64,000 nucleotides of DNA from Sphyrna mokarran (GCA_024679065.1 JAGIQG010000003.1:85250001-85314000), one strand, 5' to 3'; counted from the first letter of the stretch, positions 13,570-25,568 are shown. Notes: generated by a model not told the origin, from the letters alone. Translations and numbers: made by a program.

Positions 13570-13840
13570 TCATAAGTAAGCTTATATTAATACAGCAATG
13601 AAGTTCTGTGAAAATCCCCTAGTCGCCACATTCCAGTGCCTGTTTAGGTATATTGAGGAAGAATTTAGCACAGTCAATCCACTTGACCAGTTTTGGAATG
13701 TGGTAGAAAACCTGAATGCCGAGAGGAAATTCATGCAAATGCAGGGTGAACTTACAAATTCCGCACAGACAGTTACACAAGCTGTGAATCAAACCTGGGT
13801 TTCTGGTGCTGTGAGGCAGTGGTGCTAACCACTGTGCACT
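13570..13840 (-). mobile_element. HE1-type V-SINE with alternative tail
   Basis: ctgtgaggcagtggtgctaaccactgtgc head and tgtgaaaatcccctagtcgccac tail on the reverse strand. Confidence 0.8.
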
Positions 13841-14519
13841 ATGATACTCAGTGATATCCTATAGGCAGCTTATCATTTGGACTCATGTTGATGATTGCAA
13901 AAACAGCTATCCATATCATGAGTATTGAACCTCTATGACCACCCCTATCTTGCATCTTGTTATGTTCTTTGTACACCACATTATCTAATGCCATTTTGAA
14001 CTCTTATTGTTGTTATCCCTTACCAAGTTAATTTTAACCTCTCGGACCTAATGAGTACTCTGGTAATGCATAGATATATTTACTTGTTTAATTATGAGAT
14101 AATCTGATTTTTTTTTATTCTTCTTTCTTCTTAACCTACTTATCCTTTTATTCAAGGATTCCACAAGGGTCTCCTGTCACGTTTACTGTGATGGTGTTTC
14201 CCAAATTCTCTCAGGATTTCTCTGACGCCTCTGCCAAGTTTGCTGCTGCCATACTGTAGATTGCTCCAGGCTTCTCCCACGGCTATTTTGAGTTTGAATT
14301 AGAATGCAGGGAGCATTGAGTTAATTTGATTCATGGGTTTGATATTCTACATGAGCCAAGTAGAAATATCATTCTGTTCATGTCTATTATCAGCACTCTT
14401 AGTCCTTGATATTCTCCCCCACACAAAAAGGAAACAGTTGTGAAAGACTTGAAGAAAATGTTAAAACGTGTATGGAGAAAAGAAGAACTGAACCCATGCA
14501 AAGTATTAAAAGACACTGA

Positions 14520-15185
14520 AGAGCTATAATGAATGTACTTTTAAAGGCAGAAAGCGGAGGCAGAGACCCTCATAACAGTTAAGAAGTATTTACATGTGTG
14601 CTTGCGATGCCAAGGCATACAAGACTCTGGGCTAATTGCTGGAAAATGGGATTAGAATAGTTAGGTGATTTGCTTTGACCAGCACAGATGGGATGGATTG
14701 AAAGCCCTTTTTCTGTGACTTTATGATTAAGAGCAGTGTTTCCGTTAGAACAGCAAGGCTAGGCAGAGATTTAATAAAGGATTTGAAAAGTAATGAAGAA
14801 TTTTTCTAGATAGAATGGGAAAAAAAATCCCTCCAAAATCAGTGAGAGAGTCATTGCTTGAAACTTGTCACTCAGGGAATGTGAAAAGCAGTTTGGAAAA
14901 ATGTCATGTGCATGTCAGGCCACCAGAAGGAATGGTTGAGGCAGGTTTCTTTGCAAGTTAGAAAGGAAAGAGTTTCTCTCTGAGACTTGTGAGACTTTGA
15001 TATTCTCTTCCTCAGAAAGTGGTTGAGGCAGGGTCTTTGAATATCTTTAAGGCAAAGACAGCTAGGTCCTCCAGAAGAAAGGGGACAGGATGAAAGATTA
15101 TTGTAGTAGGCAGGAACGTGGAGTTGAAGTTAAAATTAGATCAGCCAAGATCTTACTGAATAGCAGAGCAGACTCAGCAAGTAAT
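14520..15185 (+). mobile_element. Cluster of decayed CR1 3' ends
   Basis: Several CR1 3'UTR motifs (gctggaaaatgggattag; agatcagccaagatcttactgaatagcagagcag). Confidence 0.6.
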
Positions 15186-17289
15186 AATTACAATTGAACA
15201 ATCCAATTAACAATGATAATTAGAGCTATGTTGAATTGGTGTAAAATATTGACTTTTGAAAAGTTATTGCTATACTGTGACCAGAGTACAGTTAATTTAA
15301 ACATTGTAATCATAAAAATAAAAAAAAACAAATGGGATAGTTCAAATTGTAAAGTACAGACATGATGATAATAGGTAGTTGGAAGATTTTAATCACAATT
15401 TTCACTTATCACTTCATTTAATGTTTTAAGTGAAATATCAGTAATGTTTTAATTTATTTTAAAACATGGTCTATTTTGTTCCAAATCTGTATGTTTGTAT
15501 GTTAAATATTTGAAGAAAAGTACCACAGATACCATGAAAAGTTGGGATAGAGAGATTAGTTCTGGAATCCTCCAGTAAAGAGGAGATATGGATTTAATTT
15601 ATATCTTCTGCAGACAATTCTGACTACAACTCAAACAACTATGAAGATATTCCCCTGGGATCATTTTTTCTCCAATGTTTTCCTCTCCTCTACCTGAGTT
15701 GGTGAATCACACCAAGCTATGCTCCAGAGGTACTGAATGCAATGGCCCCAGAATTGACAGGAACGAGAGTTATAAACTGGGTGGAATAGTTTCAGTCAGG
15801 GGCCTGGTTTTCCCTGTATGCTGTGTGGTCTTTGTCAGCCCAACTGACATACTTGGTCAGGGAGGACTCTGAAGCAGGCTGCAGGTAAAGATTCTTCACT
15901 GGTTATTGTGAGCATAGGGCGGGGCAAACAAAATCCCCAATACTGGTCAGAGGTTCAATCTGTGGAGGCTTTACACAAACCTACCAATCTCTCACACAAC
16001 ACTAATTAGCTTGGGTTTACTTGAAGGTAAAGTACAGGGTGGTTCAGCAGACAGGTCCATTCTATGGATGCAGCAATTATTACTCATGAGGACACTCCTC
16101 ACTGCTGGTCACATGCTGCTCTACATATTTACTTAATTGCATATTCCCTTAAAGTGATAATACAACAGGAGAGGTGAATCAATTCCCAGTGGAGTGGAGT
16201 AGGGCAGAGAGTTGATGCAACATGTTCATAGGGACGGTTTATATTGAATAGTGAATAGTTGTGGAATAGAGCTAATCGTTTAGGAAGACAGAGTGCTCGA
16301 GGGAAAGGATCAATGATCATGGAGCAGTTTGCAACCTGGGGGAGGCGGTCAGTGATTGTAGTTTGGATGGGTGTTGGGGAGGGGGGGAGTTAGTTTCAGT
16401 GATTGAAGAGAGTAGGGTATTGGTGATTGATAGACCTAATTGGTGATCATGACATGAAGGATCCAATTGTAGAGAGCCAGTTAACTAGCAGACATACTCC
16501 CTCTCCCCCTGGCCCATAAGTAACGCTGGAAAGGCATGTACCTCTTTTCTGCAGTAGTCCTCTACTCCTTTTAGCTGCCAGTTTTCCAAGGTTCTGGAAA
16601 CTCTGCCAGCTAGCATTAAAACTGGAAAGTACTTGATACCTGAGGCACAAAACCCCATTAAAATATTTATATAAGTTAATTCCATCCTGGGAATAGAGTG
16701 GTGGCCTTTTCTCTATTAAAAGGAAGTGGGTTGTATTCAGGTTGAAGTTTCTAAATTTTATCATTCCTTCCAATGAAATTCGTCCATTTCTGGAGGAGTC
16801 AAAGTTATCCTCTGTTCTACACTTTGAAGGAGTTCATTCCCTAATCACACCAAGTCCCATTGACCTATTACTCATACTACACTGGCTTGCATTAACTCCC
16901 AACTGGGAAATGGCTACGTTTGAAATTTCTCATCCTTCTTTTCAAGTCTATGACCTCTTCTCCCTATTCCTCCACTCCTATAACCCTACAACCTATTTCT
17001 GCTTCTCTAATTCTACTCTTTCACGAACCCCTGATATTAAGCATTTCCTCCGTGGCGGCCTTCCCTTTGGTCACCAGAGTCCTCAGCTCTAGGATTTTCT
17101 CACTAAATCTCTCCACCTTTTAAGACTTTAAAATGGACTACGAGTGCCCAATGACATTATTGAGCCAAATAATAAATAAATATTGTATCATTCATTGATT
17201 AGCTCAGTTGGCTGGATGTCTGGTTTATCATTGTGGGGTAATGCCAACAGAGTGGGCTAATTCCTGGACTGGCTGATGTTATTCATTAT

Positions 17290-17590
17290 CAACAGCACGG
17301 TGGCACAATGGTTAGCAATGTGCAGCACCAGGGGCCTAGGTTTGATTCGCAGCTTGGGTCACTGTCTGTATGGACTCTGCATGTTCTCCCCACATCTGCA
17401 TGGGTTTCCTCCAAAAGCTCCAGTTTCCTCCCACAGTCTGAAAAATGTGCTGGTTAGATGCATTGGCCATGTTAAATTCTCCCTCAATGTATCTGAACAG
17501 GTGCCAGAGTGTGGCAGCTAGGGGATTTTCACAGTAACTTCATTGCAGTGTTAACATAAGCCTGCTTGTGACACTAATAAATAAAAACTT
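17290..17590 (+). mobile_element. HE1-type V-SINE with alternative tail
   Basis: cagcacggtggcacaatggttagc head, V-domain tgcatgttctcccc...ccagtttcctcccacagtc, tail ctaggggattttcacagtaacttcattgcagtg...taataaataaa. Confidence 0.85.
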
Positions 17591-18739
17591 ATTAAGACAT
17601 ATGTGCACAACTAGAGATGCCATCTTAGGATATAGAAACACAAGATGGCCACTTTGGAACAGAGCAGAGCACTGGGGGGGTGAGACTGATTGCTGACCCA
17701 TTGCTACAAAGTAGGAAGATGTAAAATCAGTCTCAAGAGCACTGACTGGGGAGTAAATGGAAAATCTTGCTAGGGCGTGTTGTACTTTGCATCTTTTGCC
17801 AGTCTCAGAGCAGGTCTGCTTCCGACCTGTTTCTGTGCCAAACACAGTCCAAGGGGATGGAAGCGTGGTAGAGCTTCAAAGTGTGTAAAGCAGCACTATT
17901 GTGAGCAGGAAGCAGAGGAGCTCATGCTTTTCTGGTCCAATTCTGTCTCTGTCTAATTCCAATGATTCATCACCCAAAATGCCCATAGATATGGGAGCTT
18001 CACCTCCAAGGTTCATGCAATATCGATTTATTGCGCTGCAGAGCAAGTGATTTCCATTTAGAAAGCATTTGAGTTAAAAGCTTTCTGCCATTCTATTGTG
18101 GAAATGTTTTTATTCCACATCACAACTGGATTTAATTGAGTGACAAATGGACTTGACTCCCTTCTATCTGACTCACATTTTGAGAATGTGCTTTCACCTG
18201 TGCTCCAAGGGTCAGAAACCTTATAGAACCCATCTTGCCATTGTGCTAAAGATTGGTTTTAATGTAGAATTTAGACTTTTAATTATTATCTGCTGTCAAA
18301 TGCTGCCACTCACCTGAACCACACAAAGATTCCCCTTACCTCACTCTGTGTCAGCAAGGTTACTGCTATTCTCTCACTGGCCACCATCAGAGATTGTCGA
18401 TTCGGGGAAATGCTTGAGGAGGATGCCTGGATTGGAAACTTCCATATTGTTGGTTGTTAACTTTCTCCAACCTGCTCTGCCCTGTCTCCTGAAGAAGGCG
18501 ACTTCTTGCTCTGGATTTTATTATTAATTTGGCATCCTTACCCAATTGCTCATCTGCTTTGACAATGACCGTTTTCTGGTGCCTCTGATAAGTACTAACA
18601 GGATCCAGGAAATCAGGGGACTTGTGACAGGAAAAATAATGGTGCTTTTCATAATAAGTGCAAAGAATCAATATGACTGCACCATGAAAAAATAATGGCA
18701 TCAATTTTAATGGAAGAAATGAAGGACATAAAGTTATAT

Positions 18740-19370
18740 CATCTGCCACTTTGCCCCGAAGGAACAGCAATACCAAGGGAGAGAGGTCTGAGCACCAGCG
18801 GGGGTGTGATAGGAATGTCTTCTGGTTGTCTGAGGCCTGGAGGTCTCTGGCATACTGAGGGGACCCAGACAGGTATAAGATCCTCCTCTAATACTGCAAC
18901 CATTGGGGCCACTGGCAGAGGGGTTAAGCAGTTGCCATCCACACCAAGAGCACCCTGACAAGGATCCCCACATGCAAGAAAGCAGACAGCCTTCTCTCCC
19001 ACAAGATATCAGCCAAACGCGGACAATTGGGATTAGCTTAGGGCTTTTTAAAAAAAGGCAGCATGGACAAGTTGGACTGAAGGGCCTGTTTCCATGCTGT
19101 AAACCTCTCTGACTCTATATCAGCTCACCCTACAGCATACTGCAGAGATCAAGTTTCTGAAGAACCCCAGTCTGCTTTGACACTGCAATCATGTACTGAT
19201 CACTGAGCTGTGTATGGCAGACTCTCTTCTGGCATAGGACTTCCTTCACACAGGATACTGAAACAGCATCTTCTGCTCCAGTCTGCCCACCCTGAGATTG
19301 GCATCTCTTGCTACTCCCTTCTCCAGAATGTCCATCCTGAGGTTGACATCTCTTGCTGCTCTCACTGGTA
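18740..19370 (-). mobile_element. Possible Harbinger-derived fossil
   Basis: Weak resemblance to the HARBI1-like N-terminus (PLPVAPMVAV, FLACGDPCQGALG); motif order is not collinear. Confidence 0.3.
19014..19116 (+). mobile_element. HER1 3' tail, 5'-truncated, with TSD
   Basis: gggattagcttaggg...gaagggcctgtttccatgctgtaaac; atatcagc duplicated at 19006-19013 and 19117-19124. Confidence 0.8.
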
Positions 19371-19486
19371 CACAAACTTCCAAGATATCACAGGTTGAAT
19401 AAAATCTAGAAGCTTAAAATCGGATTGAGTTTGAAGTTCAAAAAGAAAAGACATTGGTGGCCAGAAGGAATATATCAGAAGAAACT

Positions 19487-20660
19487 AGAGAGATGGCAAA
19501 TGGAATTTAATCCGGATAAATGCGAGGTGATGCATTTTGGCCGGAATAATGTAGAGGGGAGTTATAGGATAAAAGGTAAAACTATCCGGAGTATAGAGAC
19601 GCAGAGAGACCTGGGGGTGCAGGTTCACAAGTCTCTGAAGGTGTCAGTACAGGTGGAAAAGGTGATAAAGAAAGCGTATGGTATGTTAGCCTTCATAGGA
19701 AGGGGTATAGAATACAAGATTAGGAGTTTGATGTTGCAAGTGTATAGAACGTTGGTTAGGCCTCACTTGAAGTACTGCGTCCAGTTCTGGTCGCCGTACT
19801 ACCGGAAGGATGTGGAATCCCTGGAGAGAGTGCAGAGGAGATTTACCAGGATGCTGCCTGGTATGGAAGGGCTGTCTTACGAGGAAAGGTTGAACATACT
19901 GGGGTTGTTTTCCCTTGAAAGACGTCGGCTGAGAGGGGATCTATTAGAGGTATATAAGATTATGAGGGGTATAGATAGAGTAAATGGTGGTAAGCTTTTT
20001 CCACCATTAGAATCGGATAGAACGAGGGGTCACGGCCTTAGGGTGAGGGGGGCTATGTATAAGACGAATATTAGAGGGCATTTTTTCACACAAAGGGTAG
20101 TGGGGGTGTGGAATGCACTACCAAGTAAGGTGGTGGGAGCAGGCACACTAGGGTTGTTTAAGGGTCTCTTGGACAGCCACATGAGCGGTCTGCAGATAGA
20201 GGGATATAGGAGGACTGTTTAAATACTTTAATTGTTTCCACAGGCTATTCGGTCCACCTTGTTGACCAACAAGGTGCATGCATTCGGCAGGTAGTGCGAG
20301 GGCTGCTCCTGGAGGTTACTTCAGGAGTGGCCTAGTGCTTCACGTCGTTAGTGTATGCTTAAACTGGACCATCAGATGGGCAACATGACAGCTCAGAGAC
20401 TATCGCTGTTGCTGTGCAGACACATGGATTTGGGCCTGTGTCTGCGGGAGTTTGCGCGTTCTCCCCGTGGTTGCGGGGGTTTTCTCCGGGTGCTCCGGTT
20501 TCCTCCCACATCCCAAAAATGTGCTCTTAGGCTGATTGGGTAACAAATTGTCCCTATATTGGTCTCTATATGTCATTAAGACGTTAGGATGGCGGCGTGG
20601 GCTCGTTGGGCCGAAGGGCCTGTTTCCCATGCTGTGTTGTTCTTTGTTCTTTGTTCTTTG
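19487..20660 (+). mobile_element. Young CR1/HER1 LINE, 5'-truncated, with composite V-domain 3' UTR (copy 1)
   Basis: Uninterrupted ORF2 C-terminus WQMEFNPDKCEVMHFG...LVRPHLKYCVQFWSP...RRLRGDL...FFTQRVV (stop at 20222), extended UTR and (gttcttt)n tail. Confidence 0.92.
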
Positions 20661-21034
20661 AAGATTGAAGTGGATGGTGTCAGTCTGGAACAAATAAGTT
20701 TGCCTAATTGGGACAAATGATAACAGAAGATGGTGGATGTTGAAATTAGATGAAGAGTAGAAAGAGACAGGAACATTTTGTGAACATGATGTTTATGTTC
20801 AGAACAGGAAAACTCAAACTTGCAATAAAGACAATACTCCTAAGATGCTACATTCTATGCACTTCCCTATCTGCCTCAGAAGCCTGGACAATAAATAAAA
20901 ATGTTTGGAAGAAAATAGAGCCTGTGAGATATGAATGACAGGGCACATACCACAAATTCTATAAACAGAATTGAAGACAAATGAATGAAATTTTAAGAGC
21001 AAAATTAATTCTACAAAGTGATTCTTTTCTAAAT

Positions 21035-21662
21035 CTTTTCTAAATAAAGATTACAAGTCTTGGGACATCACTGGGAATCTATTGATTCCTGTGGACCTTC
21101 CAACATATTTCATGGCTCACTTGCTTTATTTCTGCACTTTTGGGGATTCCATAAATGTCTGTCTAAGTTGTGCATGTTTATTGATGTCTTTGCTTTTACT
21201 TCCCAGGTGATTCGATCCACCTTGTTGACCAACATGGGGCATACACACGGTGGGTTGTGTGAAGGCAGCTCTTGGATGTTGCTTTGAGAGTTGCCTAGTG
21301 CTTCACGTCGTTAGTGTACACTTAAACTGGACCATCTGATGGGCATCACAACAGCTCAGTGACTATCACTGTTTGCTGTGCAGATACATGGATTTGGGCC
21401 GGTGTCTGCGGGAATTTGCACATTCTCCCCATGATTGCGTGGGTTTTCTCCAGGTGCTCCGGTTCCCTCCCACATCCCAAAAATATGCTCTTAGGCTGAT
21501 TGGTGTAACAAATTGTCCCAAAATTAGACTTCCCTCAATCTTCCCCGATAGGTGTAGACAAAGTTCATAGGTACAGGAGGGCACTCATAATGGTAAAATG
21601 GTGGCACGGGCTTGTTGGGCCAAAGGGCCTGTTTCCTGTGCTGTGTTATTCCTTGTTCTTTG
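21035..21662 (+). mobile_element. Composite V-domain 3' module without recognisable ORF2 (copy 2)
   Basis: Homologous to copy 1 from 21207 onward; ends gggcctgtttcctgtgctgtgttattccttgttctttg. The 5' boundary is approximate. Confidence 0.8.
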
Positions 21663-24280
21663 TAATATCAAGAAAAATGTTTGTATTTTGGTAATTAATC
21701 AGAGCTGAAAAGCTAAAAGGTCTCTCCTCAAGGAGAATGCAAAGCTGTCCTCAATGTAGTTGGATGATGGACATGACACAGAGTTTCAGATCAGCTATGT
21801 GAGAGGATGTCTCAAGACAAGGCCGTAACAGCAGATTTCCTGGGAGGAATAGTGACAGGTAACCTCAGTGGCAGCAAATGCCACAGCCCTTCATTGAGTC
21901 CTGGCATCTTTACATACCTCTTCAGTCAGTAGTGACACCTTTATTCCCCCTCCTGCTCTCATTCAGCGTTGTCCTTAGTTCTCTACCCTTCCTTCCACTG
22001 CTCTTTGGCTCTCCAGATGGTTGTCTGGCAGGGACAGCAGTGAACTCTCACTTTCCATGTCCACTGACCAGACAGGTTTCTGAAACCCTGCTGTCCCATG
22101 TGCCATTGACTAAATTAGAAAACAGCCATATAATTTGGGTTAATTACTGCTTTAACTACTTCAATTGATGTTCCATTGCGTCACAGTGAGAGGCCCATCC
22201 CCCACGTTTCCCGCGGCAGATAAAATGAGGCAGGATTATCTCAATGTCAGACTGCTGGCTGACAGCGTCCCCAGCACATCCCCCATCGCACTCTGAATCA
22301 GCAAGTCAAATTTCAACCTTCATGTTGTCACCAGCTATTGGCTACATTAACAAGTCAACAAGAAAGCCAAGTGGTGTTGATCAGCTATGGGAATGATTAA
22401 AGGCTTCCCAGTCTGGACATTACCAATAGTGCCCAGTGTGCTGAATGAGAGGTACAGAGTGTTGCAATGGGAAATGTTGTAGTCAAGACATTCAGCATCT
22501 ATTGATTGGTGTTAAGAGGATGAAATTGGTTCAAAGAGTGAAATAGGCTCACGGTCAATCAACAGCCTGAATGCAACAAGTGTCTCATTTGTATGAATCA
22601 TTTAGTATTATTGGTACAGAACAATTTTATCCTTCCCCCATGTTCTGATGTGGGCTGCACTTCTGTGACATATAAATGATTATCTACCAACAGTGCATCA
22701 GTGACTCATGACACTATCAATTGACAGCACATATTTTAATTATATCACAAAAGCCACTGTGCAGTTAAATTAGGACCTAGAGGACAAGCACAGCAGGGAT
22801 GTAGTTAGAATGAGACCTTGTCCATGCGAAGGACTTTCTGACTTAATCCTCAATGAGCTGAATTGTGCCACTTAAACAGAGCAGTGATAAATGTAGAGTT
22901 TTGGTTCAGTTGGGAGCTATTCACAGAGACTCCAGGTTCAAACAGATTTTTGATGATCTAACTGACCGTGTATGTTTGTGTGTGTGAGTGTCTGTGTGCA
23001 CGTGTTTGGAATAACAGCAATTATTCATTTCTCAGTTATTAAATCTGGCTGAGAAACTATGACTGCCACAGCAGAGCAGACAGGTTCATTCAATTCTCCA
23101 TTGTACAGACATACAAAGCAAAGACTGATGGGTGAGCCAATCAAAAATATCTAAGTGCTGAAAGATTGTGAAAACGGAAGATTTTTAGAACCACTTTTCT
23201 TGGCGTGAGAAAAATGGCTGACTGGCACCCCAGCCCACTGTCTGCAAGCTGCTCTTGGTTAGCACCAAGCAAGGAACATTCAATGTGACAATACAGTTGC
23301 TCAAAAGCAATTAGAAGTCACTTCTGATTTGCAAAGTGCCACAATTTAAATCAACGGGGTTATGGAGAAGAGCAGTTGCTCACCAAGTGACTAGGTTTAA
23401 AAGTAGGAGTATCTCACTTTGCAAAGACCAGACTCAGCAGCAGCAGGAAGCTAGGAAGACAACGCCATTCTTTAACGTATTAAAAAGTGCTACAAAGAAC
23501 TATTAACAATGATGATATTAAGAGGGTTATTTATAATCATTAAGGATAATATGTGTGGAAAACAAAATCAAAGTGAGTGATAGTCATTATAAATGAAGCA
23601 GTCTATGGACTAAAGAAAGAAATGAATGTGCTTTCTGGTTTTGTGGGAATTGCAGAACTGCTGAGAATTAGTCATAAATCTAATTGATATTTTTGAAGAA
23701 CTTACTCACAAATCAATTACTCATTGTGAGAATGTGTACAGTGCCCATATTTCAAACTCAAAGTCAGTCCCTTGTATGCTGATGCTATTTCTTGTCGATA
23801 AAAGGCAATCCTGAAGCATTTGTAACAATGTTAAGCGAAAGCACCAAGCCAATGATCCATCTTGCCCTCCTCTGGAAGCCTCCACTTTCACAGGTCCCAG
23901 TCTTCAGCCAATTTGATTCACTTCAAGTGATTTCACAAAATGCTTGATAACATCCTGGTAATAGTGCAGCAGAACTCAGCTCTCAAACTACTGGCAGCAT
24001 TAACCAACCTGTTCCAGTACGGTTATAAAACACCAGAATCCACCCAACAGTCCGGAAAATTGCTCAGGTATATCCTTGTAAACAAAAAGCAAGAAAAATT
24101 CAAAGCAGTCAATTCAATCTACTCTCAATCATCAGCAAAGTGATGGAAAGTATTGTCAATAATGCATTCAAGAGACATTTACTCAGCAGGAAGCTGTTCA
24201 TTTAAGTTAGGTTTGGGTTCTGCCAGGACATTTGGCCCTAGATTTCATTACAGCCTTGGTCCAAACAAGCACAAAAGACC

Positions 24281-24408
24281 AGGGATGGGATTTTACAGCT
24301 GCACAGCCAAGACCGGAAAATCCCACTCAAAGTCAATTGACCTTTGTATGGTCTATGCCCTGCCTGCTAGGATTCCCGTGGTGGGCACAATAGAAAAATT
24401 CTGTTCCT
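24281..24408. mobile_element. Short MITE nested in the old LINE
   Basis: Interrupts LINE homology (acaaaagacc|...|tgaagtccagagg); similar to the 6777 element. Confidence 0.5.
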
Positions 24409-25568
24409 GAAGTCCAGAGGTGAGGCAAGAATAACTGCCCTTGACATCAACATTGTATTTCACTGGGAATATCACCATCTGGTGATATTTCACTCACGAT
24501 CCTGATTTGGAAATATATTGCTGTTCCTTCACTGTCATTGAGGCAAAATCCCAGATTTCCCTCCCTAACAGCATCTTGGGTGTACTTACAGATGCAGGGG
24601 AAAGCACTTCAGTGGTTAAAGTCATACTTAGCACAAAGGTCAATCATTTCAGTTCCAGGACATCACTGCAGGAGTTCCTCAGGATAGTGCCTTCAATCAC
24701 AACCATCTTCAGCTGCTTCAGTAACTTTCCCTCTGTCATCAGAAATGAGGATGTTCACTGATGATTGCAGTCTCCAGTACCATTTGTGACTCGTCAGGTA
24801 ATGAAACTGCCTGAGCCACAAGCCCGGGACAATCTCCAGACTGGCAGCAAGTAATGCTCAAGCCACATAAGTGTCAAGCAATGACCATCTCCAACAAATT
24901 ACAATGTAAGTACCTTCCTTGATACTTAACAGCATTCATCATCAAAATCTCCCCACTATCAATATTTAAGGGTGACTGCGTTTGACATCCAGGCCACATG
25001 TTACTGAGTGTGGCATTGAGGAATCCTAGCAAACCTAGAGTCAATAGGAATCGAGGGAAACTCTCCACTGGTTGGACTCATACCTGATAGGAAGATGGTT
25101 GTGGGTTGTTGAAGGTCAATCGTCTCAGCTCCAGGACATCACTGTAGGAGTTCCTCTGGATAATGTCTGAGGCCCAACCATTTTCAGCTGCTTCATCAGT
25201 GACCTTGCTTCCATCGTAAGGTCAGGAGTGGGATACTTACTGATGATTAAATGTTCAGCACCATTCGTGACTCCTTAGATACTGAAATAATCCTTGTCCA
25301 AATGCAACAAGACTTGGCCAATATCCAGGCTTGTGGCAAGTAACATTTACTCCATAAATTGCTAAGCAAATCCATTTCCAATAAGAAGCAATTTAACCAT
25401 CAACTTTGAAATTCAATGATATTACCATCACTGAATCCTCCACTATTAACATCCTGGGGGTTACCATTGATCAGAAACTGAACTGCACTAGCAATATTAG
25501 TACTGAGCAGGTCAGGGACAGGGAATCCTTGGGCAAATAACTCAGTTTCTGACACCCCAAAGTCTATC

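Larger units (their letters stand above)
19375..21880 (+). mobile_element. RTE-clade LINE fossil split by two CR1-type insertions (pieces 19375-19486, 20661-~21035, 21663-21880)
   Basis: Joined pieces read TLVARRNISEET|KIEVDGVSLEQ...LGQMITEDG...KTILLRCYIL...SEAWTI...KKIE | EKCLYFG..IRAEKL, typical of the RTE ORF2 C-terminus. Confidence 0.75.

Noticed and set aside
14100-14290. Plus-strand polypyrimidine tract with acceptor-like AG and short frame IPQGSPVTF...
   Set aside because: The frames examined stop early, no donor or partner exon was found, and the protein is not recognisable.
19425-20222. 265-aa ORF as a host gene
   Set aside because: It is a 5'-truncated CR1 ORF2 C-terminus fused by chance to flanking RTE sequence, with a non-ATG start.
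20330-20360. gcttcacgtcg resembles the L3 loop (UUCACGU) of the CPEB3 HDV-like ribozyme
   Set aside because: The flanking tgc/cgt cannot form P3, no P1/P2 pseudoknot was found by eye, and copy 5 has ccttatgtcg instead.
20355-20543. Recurrent small ORFs across the UTR module (e.g. MLKLDHQ..., MPISLRAHLWDVGG...)
   Set aside because: They recur only because the repeat recurs; frames break between copies and substitutions show no codon-position bias.
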